Positions 49,341 to 61,900 of a DNA stretch of 64,000 bases are shown here, piece by piece. Source of the DNA: Azolla caroliniana (Eukaryota > Plantae > Polypodiophyta); contig JBHGNT010000022.1 of assembly GCA_043228905.1 (NCBI GenBank), positions 10,726,001 to 10,790,000 of the forward strand, in the 5' to 3' direction. The notes under the pieces were generated by a model. The model searched no databases. It was not told the DNA's origin and saw only the letters and a list, made by a program, of their open reading frames with translations. The position numbers and the translations under genes are program-made. Each line of letters opens with the position of its first letter. The stretch's first letter is position 1.

Positions 49341-51946
49341 GGGAAGCAACACCAACTTCCTTTCCCTAACGAGTGTAACCAAAGCCGGAACAAGCTAGAC
49401 TTGATACATTCCGATGTATGGGGGCCGGCACAAAACATTAGTGTTGGCGGGAGTCGATATTTCGTCTCCTTCATCGACGACTATACACAACACAAGTGGA
49501 TCTACCTCATTGAGAAGAATAGTGAAGTCTTCGACTGTTTCCGAGACCTCAAGAGTTTCGTCGAAAGGGAAACAGGAAGAAAAGATCAAGTGCCTGCGGT
49601 CGGATGACAGAAAAGAGTACTTTTCCGGTCAATTCAACGGGTATCTACAACAGATGGGAATTTGATGCGAATTCAGTTGCAGATATACGCCGGAGCAAAA
49701 CGGCATGGCCGAAAGGAAAAATCGGTCGGTTGTGGAAGCGGCGCGGGCAATGCTGGAAGAAAAGAGCTTGCCCAAGTTCTATTGTGCCAAGGTGGTACGA
49801 ACTGTGGTATACATCCAGAATCGGATCGGAGACAAAGTGTCGGCGCACGAGCAGTATTTCGGAAGGAAGTCGAATCTACGACACCAAACAAGCGCGCGTG
49901 AGCCGTGATGTTGTGTTTGACGAGTCCACGACCTGGTACTTGCCTCCGACTCAGGACCTCACCTCCAATCCGAGTTTTGACGATGAGGTCAGCGAGGCCG
50001 AGATGCCTCCGGATGAACCTAAAATCCGGACCCGCGAAGAGAGTCTGATTTCGTTTCGGTTAAGCGGACCGAATGAACGACTGAGTCGGTTCAACCAGTC
50101 CGATGAAGAGACTCGGCCGTGCATTCCCCGCGCAGGAAGCCGAGGAGACGGCTTACGCACAAGGAAAAAGGGAAGAAGAAGGTGTTGGATTACGACACGG
50201 ATAGGAACGAGTTGGCTCGACGCGAGTCCGACTCCGAGGGAAGTGATGACGGGTCTTCGAGAGTGAAGTCCGCGTCGGCCAAGAAAGCCTCAACTTCGGC
50301 TAATGAGCAATTACGCCGATCTACCCGCCAGAAGAACCCTGTTGTGCGGTTCGGTTACAACGAGTACATGGCGCATCACTATGCGTACATGACGCGTGTA
50401 GCGGAAGTGCGTGAGCTGGAGAGCTGTGCAGAAGCATCGAAAGACGTGAATTGGCGTGCCACAATGGAGAAAGAGATGCACGCATTGGCTAATGAAACCT
50501 GGGACCTGGTTGACGCACCGAAAGGTGTGAAACCGATCGGATGTAGGTGGGTGTACAAGGTCAAGTACAACACTAACGGCTCAGTCAACTGATACAAGGC
50601 CCGGTTAGTAGCGAAAGGTTATGTGCAGAAACACAACATCGACTATGATGAGACGTTCGCGACGGCCGCGAAGATGACGACCGTACGTGTTTTGCTCGTG
50701 GTAGCTGCAGCAAAGGGGTGGCACTTACATCAGATAGACGTAAAGAATGCATTCCTGCAAGGTGAGCTTGAGGAATAGGTGTACATGGCACAACCCCCCG
50801 GATTTCACTCCGGAACGAACACTTCGGCGGTGTGCCGATTGAAGAAGTCCCTTTACGGACTAAAGCAAGCCCCGCGTGCCTGGAACGCGAAGATCACGCA
50901 ACGATTGCGTCGGATGGGCTTTGCAACGTCAAAATCAGACTCCTCACTATTCATCCGGAAAGGTTGATTCGGGCTGATTAGCATTTTGCTTTATGTTGAT
51001 GACTTGGTCATCATCGGCGCCGACCTAGGTGAGATTGAACGCGTGAAGCTCCAGCTTACGGCATCATTCGACATGAAGGATCTGGGGGACCTTCATTACT
51101 TCCTCGGGATCGAAGTGATCCACACCCCCGAGGGCATACTGATCAGCCAACAACATTACGTGTTGAGTATGCTCTTCAAATTCGGGATGGCCGACTGTAA
51201 GTCCGTCTTGACTCCTCTAGATAGAACCGTCAAGCTTCGCCCCGATTCCGGAAAGGTATGCGACCCGACGAGGTTTCGATAGATAGTCGGAAGCCTTATA
51301 TACTTCACCATCACCCGACTAGATCTCAGCTACCCGGTCGGGGTGATTAGTCAGTTCATAGTGCAACCGACCGAGGAGCACCTTCAGTGCGCACAACATG
51401 TACTCTGGTACGTCAGTGGCACTAAGGATTGGGGGCTACTATATCGGACCAATACTACCACGCAGTTGGTCGGTTACACCGATGCTAATTGGGCCGGAAA
51501 CGCCGACGATCGCTAATCCACGTCCGGTTTCGCGTTCTCTCTTGGGAATGCCACGATCGCGTGGAGTAGCAAGAATCAGCCGACAGTTGCGCTATCGAGG
51601 ACCGAAGCCAAGTATAGAGGAGCGGTTGTCACGACATACGAAGACATATGGTTGAAACGGGTACTTAGGGATCTACAGGTGGAGGTTTCCGATCCAACGA
51701 CAATCTACTGTGACAACCTCAGCAGCATCCAGCTAGCAAAGAACCTTGTCTTCCTGGCCCGGACAAAGCACATTGAGGTGCACTACCATTTCGTCCGTGA
51801 GCGTGTCCTCCTCGGTGAAGTCGAACTTTAATATGTTCCGATGGATTGGTAGAATGCCGACATCTTCACCAAGCCTCTTGGTTTGGACAAGTTGCGGCAA
51901 TTCTCGGGTGCGCTTGGGTTGCGTCACCTCGACGTGCCGAACTTGA
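49341..51946 (+). pseudogene. Copia J integrase, RT and RNase H (stops and frameshifts)
   Basis: IHSDVWGP, FIDD, PIGCRWVYK, LYGLKQAPRAW, YVDD and RTKHIEVHYHF. Confidence 0.9.
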
Positions 51947-52344
51947 GGGGGAGAGATGTCCCGAATGACCACGGAAGGGGGAGAGAAGTTCCGGAAGACC
52001 GTGACGCTAAGTCGGATCACAAATTCGACTCGGATACGTTGAATCAACCAAGGGCCTAGCGGAAGAGAAGGCAACAGAAGATGTGCCAACACCGCAACAA
52101 CAAGGAAACTGAGAAGGGTCGTGTAAGCAGAGAAGCCGAAAGGAAGGTTCGAGGCGCGTGGAATCGAACAGGTCGAAGAGCGCGAGCAAAGCATGATTTC
52201 CGAAGGAACCGGAGCGTTGTCGTGACGTGGCATGTCTAGTGCGAGAAAAAGTCAAAAATTGAGGATCCACACACATTTCACGAATACTTGTAAAAATGAA
52301 AATAAATAAACCTAGGTCACAATGGCATTGAGTGCATGTAGAGG

Positions 52345-52416
52345 GTTGCAAGTAGGATTTGAACCTTGCACCTCTAAGATAAGAGGCAATTACCTTACCT
52401 CTAAAGCTACTACTAA
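52345..52416 (-). promoter_or_regulatory. Antisense tRNA-like A/B-box module in U3 of the N LTR (also 55353-55424 and 58361-58432)
   Basis: TAGCTTTAGAGGTAAGG, hairpin GCCTCT-TATCTT-AGAGGT, GGTTCAAATCC; T4/T5 runs at 52292-52302. Confidence 0.65.
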
Positions 52417-52888
52417 GTGTTGTAAATGCTCTATATTTCTTTCTCATATTCAATATTCCGTAGGAAACAAACATACAAAACCGTGTACACAAAACCACGG
52501 TTTTAAGCTCATGGTTTTCTGCATGTCACAAAGAAAAACTGTGTGCACAGAAACCATGGCTCCAAGCCCATGGTTTTGTGCATGGAAAAACCTATAAAAC
52601 CCCTAGTACGGCTTGTGTGTAAGGGGGGGGCCTCAATATGATATGACCATCATCATCACCATCAATAATATAAGCTTCTATTTCTTCTTCTTCACATCTA
52701 TCTTGTAATTATTTATCTACTTCTGAAAGTGTACAATCTTCAATCTTCTCAAGTGTAATAGGTCTTCCTCCAATCTTACATTCACATCGTCCTCTTCTCA
52801 ATACCTTAACGGACATCCTCCTTGGTCCAAGACCCCGGTGGTCCCGCTCAAGCGAAGCACGCTCGCACGCGCATCTTCGCGACATTTT

Positions 52889-52906
52889 TGGTGAACCCGA
52901 CGTGAA
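52889..52906 (+). promoter_or_regulatory. PBS for tRNA-Trp, TGGTGAACCCGACGTGAA (also 55897-55914)
   Basis: 18-nt complement of the 3' end recalled for plant tRNA-Trp(CCA), 4 nt after the LTR. Confidence 0.85.
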
Positions 52907-52921
52907 GAGCGGTAGGGGAGG

Positions 52922-55084
52922 ATGAAGATGGACGAGGAAAATCTAATGAAGGCAATGTCAAAGATGATGATGGAGTTTTCAAGAGAAGGGAAAACACGAC
53001 ATGCGGCCCAACTCGCCGTCGAAAGCATGATCAAGCGAGTCGGGTTTTTCGATGGAGGCAAAGTCCAAAAATTTCTAAAGGCCTTCAATGCCGAAATGGA
53101 TTCAAGAGGAGTGGAGGAAGCAATGCGGCTGGAGTACTTTTGTCGAGTGGTGGCCGAACCGATCTTCGAAGAGATTAAAGAGATTCAAAAAACTCACGAT
53201 TCGTGGGTGTCCTTCAAAGAAGCTTTACGAGAATCATATGGTTACGAAGAGCAAAAGGGACGAGGTCTATGTGAGTTTCACGAATGGGTGTCATCGAGAA
53301 AGACCCACCAGAGTGCTATGCATGCATTCGTTGAGTTTTAGTATCGCTTCGCTCAACTCTCGGACCGGGATCGAAGATTGGTGGGGTTGAATAAAGTTCT
53401 GATGTTTGTAAAGTCAATCGATCGGAATGAAAGGAAGGCCATTGGAATCCAACTCGAGGATGACAATGGTGAAAATGGCCTCACTGAGGATTGGGCCAAA
53501 GTGGAAACGGTATGCCGACAACACGATAAGAGGGAGATGAGACTCTCATCGACAACAACACAACCCATAAGGGATGTTCAAAGCAGAATGGGACGTGGCA
53601 ATAAAAACCCACTGAAGGAAGAAAGCTCGAAGAGGGAAGCTTCGAAAGAACTCAACATAGAAGCCTTGATGAGAGAGGCATTAATGAACTTAAAGGCACA
53701 AGTCGAGGTTGAAGAGAAGCTGAAAACAAAACCGAGGAAAATGGTGATCGACGAAGAGGAGACCTCCCGACAAATGCAGACTAATGGTGCGTCCAATACG
53801 AAGGCCCAGGTTCGGTATGACAGTACCATGGGAGAAGGTGTGAAACAAACCACCTTCTCGTCTTATGGAGGAACGACGGTCGAGAGAAGGGCTGAAGACT
53901 CGAGAGCGGGAAATGTTGCTTTAAGAGTGGACGAGCATTTCAGAACACATGCTGTGTCCGAAATATCGAGTAATGAAGGTGCAAGCATGAGGGAAGCTTG
54001 CGTGATCAAGGGATGTAAAGAGTGCGAGGTCGACGTGATTGAGGCGGTAGCCACGAGAAACGACATCAAGTCGCAGATGGCTAAGGAAGAGTTCACGGCG
54101 GATGACCGTGTCGAGACTTTCCCAACACTTGATCTAGAGACTTGGGCAATTGCGTCCGAGAGCCAACATGAGACCCAAGAGACGGAAAGTGGTGGGGAAG
54201 AAAATATTGAAGACAATGCGAATAACAACATTGAGCGAAAGATGGCTACGGATGAGAAGACGGTGACCGATGGTGTCGAGGTTCTCCCCACATTTCTTCC
54301 TGAGACTTCGGCAGTTATGCCCGAGTGTCAACGTGAGACCGGAGAGACGGAAGGTGACGGCAAGAAATCGAAGAACCAAAGCGGTGATGAGGACGATGAC
54401 CACAGACGAAGGGATCCCTCCATACTGGTTCCGAAGACTTCGGCAGTTGTGCCCAAGAGGCAACATAAGACCGGAGAGATGGAAGATGGTGGCGAGGAGA
54501 TGAGGGTCGAAGCCAACGCATACAGAGGAACGGTGGCCAACAAGGAGGCCAAAAACAAAGCTACAATAGAGTTCGATGAAGAACCAAAGCGCGGCAAGAA
54601 AGGAAGAACCGGAATACAATCCGGATGGAAGATGAAGCCATTGGTATTCCCACCCGAACGGAAGCCAACCCGAACGAGAGTTGATCAACCGGGCCCGGCC
54701 CAACTGAAAACCGGACGGAAACTAACCCGGACGAAAGTCGATCATCTGAGTCTGATTCGGCCGAATGTGAATCCGAACGAAGGCCGACCAAGCCAGAAGT
54801 TGATTGGTCGAGACCGATCCCGACAAAAGTTGAGCCGGCCTAGACGGAGGTCGAAGCAAACGAGCCGCGACATCCAGTCGAGGCTGTTGAGCATAAGGAA
54901 AGGCAAGCATGAGACAAGAAAGGATGATAAAGAAAAGTTAAGTGACCAAGGAGAGGGCCGAGATGAAGGTGGCACATGCACGAGGCATGAAGTGTTATGC
55001 TCGGGAGGAGCAAAGGGAGACATGACAACTAGACATGGCAATAAAAAAGGTGAGCGAATGATATGGTGGATCGGATGGCAATGA
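52922..55084 (+). pseudogene. Gag-derived ORF of N copy 1 with one in-frame TAG (53339-53341)
   Basis: ORFs 52922-53341 and 53378-55084 are in one frame; N-terminus homologous to the gag of D. Confidence 0.8.
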
Positions 55085-55929
55085 TAGTTCGAAGTAGATG
55101 ACAAAAGGACGGTGCGGGCGAGGCGCAAGAAAGTAGGAAATCAAACACTAACCACCTTTGACCCTTCCACATCACTCTTTTCTTCTTGGCACATACCGGA
55201 GGATGTGCGGTTTGGTGGGGGTGGATGTCGTGATGTGGCATGTCTAGTGCGAGAAAAAGTCAAAAATTGAGGATCCACACACATTTCACGAATACTTGTA
55301 AAAATGAAAATAAATAAACCTAGGTCACAATGGCATTGAGTGCATGTAGAGGGTTGCAAGTAGGATTTGAACCTTGCACCTCTAAGATAAGAGGCAATTA
55401 CCTTACCTCTAAAGCTACTACTAAGTGTTGTAAATGCTCTATATTTCTTTCTCATATTCAATATTCCGTAGGAAACAAACATACAAAACCATGTACAGAA
55501 AACCACGGTTTTAAGCTCATGGTTTTCTGCATGTCACAAAGAAAAACTGTGTGCACAGAAACCATGGCTCCAAGCCCATGGTTTTGTGCATGGACAAACC
55601 TATAAAACCCCTAGTACGGCTTGTGTAAAGGGGGGGGGGCTCAATATGATATGACCATCATCATCACCATCAATAATATACGCTTCTATTTCTTCTTCTT
55701 CGCATCTATCTTGTAATTATTTATCTACTTCTGAAAGTGTACAATCTTCAATCTTCTCAAGTGTAATAGGTCTTCCTCCAATCTTACATTCACATCGTCC
55801 TCTTCTCAATACCTTAACGGACATCCTCCTTGGTCCAAGACCCCGGTGGTCCCGCTCAAGCGAAGCACGCTCGCACGCGCATCTTCGCGACATTTTTGGT
55901 GAACCCGACGTGAAGAGCGGTAGGGGAGG

Positions 55930-58092
55930 ATGAAGATGGACGAGGAAAATCTAATGAAGGCAATGTCAAAGATGATGATGGAGTTTTCAAGAGAAGGGAA
56001 AACACGACATGCGGCCCAACTCGCCGTCGAAAGCATGATCAAGCGAGTCGGGTTTTTCGATGGAGGCAAAGTCCAAAAATTTCTAAAGGCCTTCAATGCC
56101 GAAATGGATTCAAGAGGAGTGGAGGAAGCAATGCGGCTGGAGTACTTTTGTCGAGTGGTGGCCGAACCGATCTTCGAAGAGATTAAAGAGATTCAAAAAA
56201 CTCACGATTCGTGGGTGTCCTTCAAAGAAGCTTTACGAGAATCATATGGTTACGAAGAGCAAAAGGGACGAGGTCTATGTGAGTTTCACGAATGGGTGTC
56301 ATCGAGAAAGACCCACCAGAGTGCTATGCATGCATTCGTTGAGTTTTAGTATCGCTTCGCTCAACTCTCGGACCGGGATCGAAGATTGGTGGGGTTGAAT
56401 AAAGTTCTGATGTTTGTAAAGTCAATCGATCGGAATGAAAGGAAGGCCATTGGAATCCAACTCGAGGATGACAATGGTGAAAATGGCCTCACTGAGGATT
56501 GGGCCAAAGTGGAAACGGTATGCCGACAACACGATAAGAGGGAGATGAGACTCTCATCGACAACAACACAACCCATAAGGGATGTTCAAAGCAGAATGGG
56601 ACGTGGCAATAAAAACCCACTGAAGGAAGAAAGCTCGAAGAGGGAAGCTTCGAAAGAACTCAACATAGAAGCCTTGATGAGAGAGGCATTAATGAACTTA
56701 AAGGCACAAGTCGAGGTTGAAGAGAAGCTGAAAACAAAACCGAGGAAAATGGTGATCGACGAAGAGGAGACCTCCCGACAAATGCAGACTAATGGTGCGT
56801 CCAATACGAAGGCCCAGGTTCGGTATGACAGTACCATGGGAGAAGGTGTGAAACAAACCACCTTCTCGTCTTATGGAGGAACGACGGTCGAGAGAAGGGC
56901 TGAAGACTCGAGAGCGGGAAATGTTGCTTTAAGAGTGGACGAGCATTTCAGAACACATGCTGTGTCCGAAATATCGAGTAATGAAGGTGCAAGCATGAGG
57001 GAAGCTTGCGTGATCAAGGGATGTAAAGAGTGCGAGGTCGACGTGATTGAGGCGGTAGCCACGAGAAACGACATCAAGTCGCAGATGGCTAAGGAAGAGT
57101 TCACGGCGGATGACCGTGTCGAGACTTTCCCAACACTTGATCTAGAGACTTGGGCAATTGCGTCCGAGAGCCAACATGAGACCCAAGAGACGGAAAGTGG
57201 TGGGGAAGAAAATATTGAAGACAATGCGAATAACAACATTGAGCGAAAGATGGCTACGGATGAGAAGACGGTGACCGATGGTGTCGAGGTTCTCCCCACA
57301 TTTCTTCCTGAGACTTCGGCAGTTATGCCCGAGTGTCAACGTGAGACCGGAGAGACGGAAGGTGACGGCAAGAAATCGAAGAACCAAAGCGGTGATGAGG
57401 ACGATGACCACAGACGAAGGGATCCCTCCATACTGGTTCCGAAGACTTCGGCAGTTGTGCCCAAGAGGCAACATAAGACCGGAGAGATGGAAGATGGTGG
57501 CGAGGAGATGAGGGTCGAAGCCAACGCATACAGAGGAACGGTGGCCAACAAGGAGGCCAAAAACAAAGCTACAATAGAGTTCGATGAAGAACCAAAGCGC
57601 GGCAAGAAAGGAAGAACCGGAATACAATCCGGATGGAAGATGAAGCCATTGGTATTCCCACCCGAACGGAAGCCAACCCGAACGAGAGTTGATCAACCGG
57701 GCCCGACCCAACTGAAAACCGGACGGAAACTAACCCGGACGAAAGTCGATCATCTGAGTCTGATTCGGCCGAATGTGAATCCGAACGAAGGCCGACCAAG
57801 CCAGAAGTTGATTGGTCGAGACCGATCCCGACAAAAGTTGAGCCGGCCTAGACGGAGGTCGAAGCAAACGAGCCGCGACATCCAGTCGAGGCTGTTGAGC
57901 ATAAGGAAAGGCAAGCATGAGACAAGAAAGGATGATAAAGAAAAGTTAAGTGACCAAGGAGAGGGCCGAGATGAAGGTGGCACATGCACGAGGCATGAAG
58001 TGTTATGCTCGGGAGGAGCAAAGGGAGACATGACAACTAGACATGGCAATAAAAAAGGTGAGCGAATGATATGGTGGATCGGATGGCAATGA
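55930..58092 (+). pseudogene. Gag-derived ORF of N copy 2, same TAG
   Basis: Identical translation except GPAQ vs GPTQ. Confidence 0.8.
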
Positions 58093-58980
58093 TAGTTCGA
58101 AGTAGATGACAAAAGGACGGTGCGGGCGAGGCGCAAGAAAGTAGGAAATCAAACACTAACCACCTTTGACCCTTCCACATCACTCTTTTCTTCTTGGCAC
58201 ATACCGGAGGATGTGCGGTTTGGTGGGGGTGGATGTCGTGATGTGGCATGTCTAGTGCGAGAAAAAGTCAAAAATTGAGGATCCACACACATTTCACGAA
58301 TACTTGTAAAAATGAAAATAAATAAACCTAGGTCACAATGGCATTGAGTGCATGTAGAGGGTTGCAAGTAGGATTTGAACCTTGCACCTCTAAGATAAGA
58401 GGCAATTACCTTACCTCTAAAGCTACTACTAAGTGTTGTAAATGCTCTATATTTCTTTCTCATATTCAATATTCCGTAGGAAACAAACATACAAAACCAT
58501 GTACAGAAAACCACGGTTTTAAGCTCATGGTTTTCTGCATGTCACAAAGAAAAACTGTGTGCACAGAAACCATGGCTCCAAGCCCATGGTTTTGTGCATG
58601 GACAAACCTATAAAACCCCTAGTACGGCTTGTGTAAAGGGGGGGGGGGCTCAATATGATATGACCATCATCATCACCATCAATAATATACGCTTCTATTT
58701 CTTCTTCTTCGCATCTATCTTGTAATTATTTATCTACTTCTGAAAGTGTACAATCTTCAATCTTCTCAAGTGTAATAGTTCTTCCTCCAATCTTACATTC
58801 ACATCATCCTCTTCTCAATACCTTAACGGACATCCTCCTTGGTCCAAGACCCCGGTGGTCCCGCTCAAGCGAAGCACGCTCGCACGCGCATCTTCGCGAC
58901 ATTTTTTGTCCACCCCCACCAAACTGCACGTCCTCTGGTACGTGCCAAGAAGAGAAGAAGTGAGATTTCGGCTACGATGA

Positions 58981-61900
58981 TCAATTAGATTCCTCCATGT
59001 CTTCATTTTCATCCGGCCTATTATGTTCATCGTCGAGGTAATCGAGGTCAGGATCCTTGTCTTGTCTTTTCTTGAAAAGCTTTACTCTTTTTCCCGCAAT
59101 GGGTACGGCCAACCTTGATCCGTCTAGTTCCGCAAGGTGGTATGTGGCATTATCATTGGCACTTGTCACCACATACGGCCCGAACCATCTTCTTGCGAAC
59201 TTCCTTGTTGTACTATGTTGATTGTCAAGGGTGTTGTCGTAAACCAAAACCCAATCCCCTTCTTCAATCTTCTTGGGACGAAGTCGATGCATGTTGTCGA
59301 ACCGAACTTTGTTCTTTACTCGGGCTGCCTTCATCATCTTTCACGCTTTTTCTAAATCTTCAGGTCTTCTTTCAAGTTGCCTTATCCGCGCTGCTAATAA
59401 CTCTTCTCGGCTCATCTCGTTCTCCCACGGTATCGCTACCCATGAGGCGATCGTCCTTTCGATGGGCATAATCGGCTTTTGTCCATACATAAGCTCCGTC
59501 GGCATATACCCTGTCACCGAGCTATGTGTCGTTCTATCGGCCCACAAGGCATAGGGTAATAGTCGTGGCCAATTCCCGACTCAACCGTTGCATGCCCGTA
59601 CGATGGCTTTAACGATAGGTCCATGCCCTCGCTCGATCTTCCCATTTGCTTCCGGATTGTAGGCAGTCGTGAGGGAGAGCTTCACGCCTAGTCTTTCGAA
59701 GAGCTCCGTCGCTTCGTGCGCGTCCAACTCCCCTCGGTCGGCCACTATCTTCCCTACACATCCATATCGGCAAACAACATCTTCAAGTAAAAATTTACAA
59801 ACGGCTGAAGTCGTCTTATTTGTCAAGGCTCGTCCTTCCACTTGATTTGTCAAGTCTTCCCTTGCCAGCGCTAAGTACTTCATTTGTCCCACTCCCATTG
59901 GCATCGAGACCAGATCCACCATCCATTTGAAGTGAATGGTGAGTGGGTATGTCGGCTTTAACTCATCACGATGACGTATATTTGAATATATTTGGCAAGT
60001 TTCATATGTGGACACGAAATGGAGTACATCTTTATACATGCTTGGCCACCAATACTTCTCCTTCAATTTTTCGAACGTCGCCCATGTTCCTCTATGACCT
60101 GCCCAAGCACTCTCGTGGAATTTGGTCATCAGCGTCTCTTGCTCTTCTTTCTTTACCACCACTCGACGTGGTATTCCTGTCCTTGTTTTTGGATGTCGCC
60201 AAAGGAATCCTCCCTTCAAGAAGTATCAGTAAGCTTTCTTTCGGATTCGTAGGGCCTCCTCCTTTGTTAACGAAGCATCTATCGTCAATGTTCTTAGGAA
60301 TCTACCGATGAGTAACCATTCTCCTTCATACTCGTTCTCGTTGCAGGCGTGGAGGGTTTGCGTGTCCTGGTCTTCCGCCGACAATCGAGCCGTCTTGAAG
60401 AAGTTGAGGGCGACATCTTCATCTTCCGAAACCATGTTACTTCCATTTGAAAATCTTGCCCTCGACAGCATGTCAGCCATGGCGTTCTTCTTCCCTGCGA
60501 TGTGACGGATCTCTAGGTTTAAAGACTTGATGTAGGCGATCCACCTTAGCATAGCAAGATCTGGGGTCGCACATCCTGAGACCATTCCGAGAATTGGGAG
60601 ACAATCTGTCTCTATTATCACTTCTGACCCGATCAGGTAATCTTTGTCCGTCTTCACTACTGACACAATACCCCAAAGTTCCCGCTTGACTTGGGCATAT
60701 CTTTGTTGTCGTTCGCTGAGAACCTTTGCTCCGAACCGGACGGCATATCGTGCATTATGTTCACCTTCTTGATTGATGACCCACCCGATTCCGGTTGGGC
60801 TCGAATCTACGGTCTCGTAAATTGGTTTCCCTTCGGCATAGTCGGCCTTCCTTAGTGCCGGAGCTTCAAGAAGCAGTTTCTTTAATCTTCGCATCGCCTT
60901 TGTGTGCTCGTCTCGCCATTCGAACTTTATTCTTTTCTTTAGTAGTCCATATAACGGTTCGGCGACATGAGCGTAGTGAGGAATCCATATATGATAAAAC
61001 GCGCACGCTCCAAGGAACCTTCGAACCTCCGTTTGGTTTTCGCATTCTTCTTTCATGTCTTGGATTGCGTTCACTTTGGATGGCGAGGGCTTCCGGCCGT
61101 ATGCTCCACACAAGTGACCTACCACCAAGATCTCCGGTTGCCCGAATGCGGATTTTTCTCCCGAAAATGTCAAATTCGCATCTTCGAGCCTTTGAAGCAC
61201 CTTCTCGCAATCTTTCATATGATCCGCAACGAACTTTCTACAACCTTCCTTATCTTTCGATTCATCTTTCTCCTCATACGAACATCCTTTTATCGGAATA
61301 TCATCCAAGAATGGCATCGTGATGTCCGGAATGCAATCCTTCAAGACTTTATTCATGGCATTCACCATATGAGCCACCGAGTTCGTTGCGCCTTGGGGTA
61401 AGGTACACATCTGCACAAGCCCGATCGGAGTCCTCATGGTTGTAATGTCCCGACTGTCAATCACCAATTGGAATTGGTCATATCCGGAGTAGAGATCACC
61501 AATGGAGTAGATGGACCGGCCCGCAAACGCTTCGGCAAATTCGTCCACGCTCGGACCGATTCCGGCATTTCGAATTGTCACCTTGTTGACGGGTTGAAGA
61601 TCTTGGATGAATCGCAATGATCCATTCTTCTTCGGCACCGTGAACCACCTATTGGAATAAGGAGCATTCGACAGTTCTAGAATTCCCATACTCACCTTCT
61701 CCTTTAAGAGCTCCATCAGCTTCGGAAGGTGTGCTCTCGGAACCGGTATCGGTTTCAAGTTCCAAGGCACATGAGGCACCGTGAAGATCACCATCGGCTC
61801 TATAACCTTTGGGTCGGCGCATCCGATTTCTCGTGGGAAGAATGCGAAAGCCTTCCCATGTCTCTCAAGCATATCGCGAAACATTCGGTCCTCTTCAGGG

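Larger units (their letters stand above)
33646..52217 (+). mobile_element. Degenerate Copia J (5' LTR 33646-34046, PBS iMet 34047-34058), split by K and cut by N; 3' LTR not in window
   Basis: TGTTGAG..TTTACA|TGGTATCAGAGC; gag-pol fragments on both sides of K rejoin in frame. Confidence 0.9.
52218..58901 (+). mobile_element. Tandem gag-only (TR-GAG-like) Gypsy N: LTR1 52218-52884, LTR2 55226-55892, LTR3 58234-58901
   Basis: 3008-bp period; TGTCGTGA..TCGCGACA LTRs; PPT GGTGGGGGTGGA abutting LTR2 and LTR3; no pol. Confidence 0.93.
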
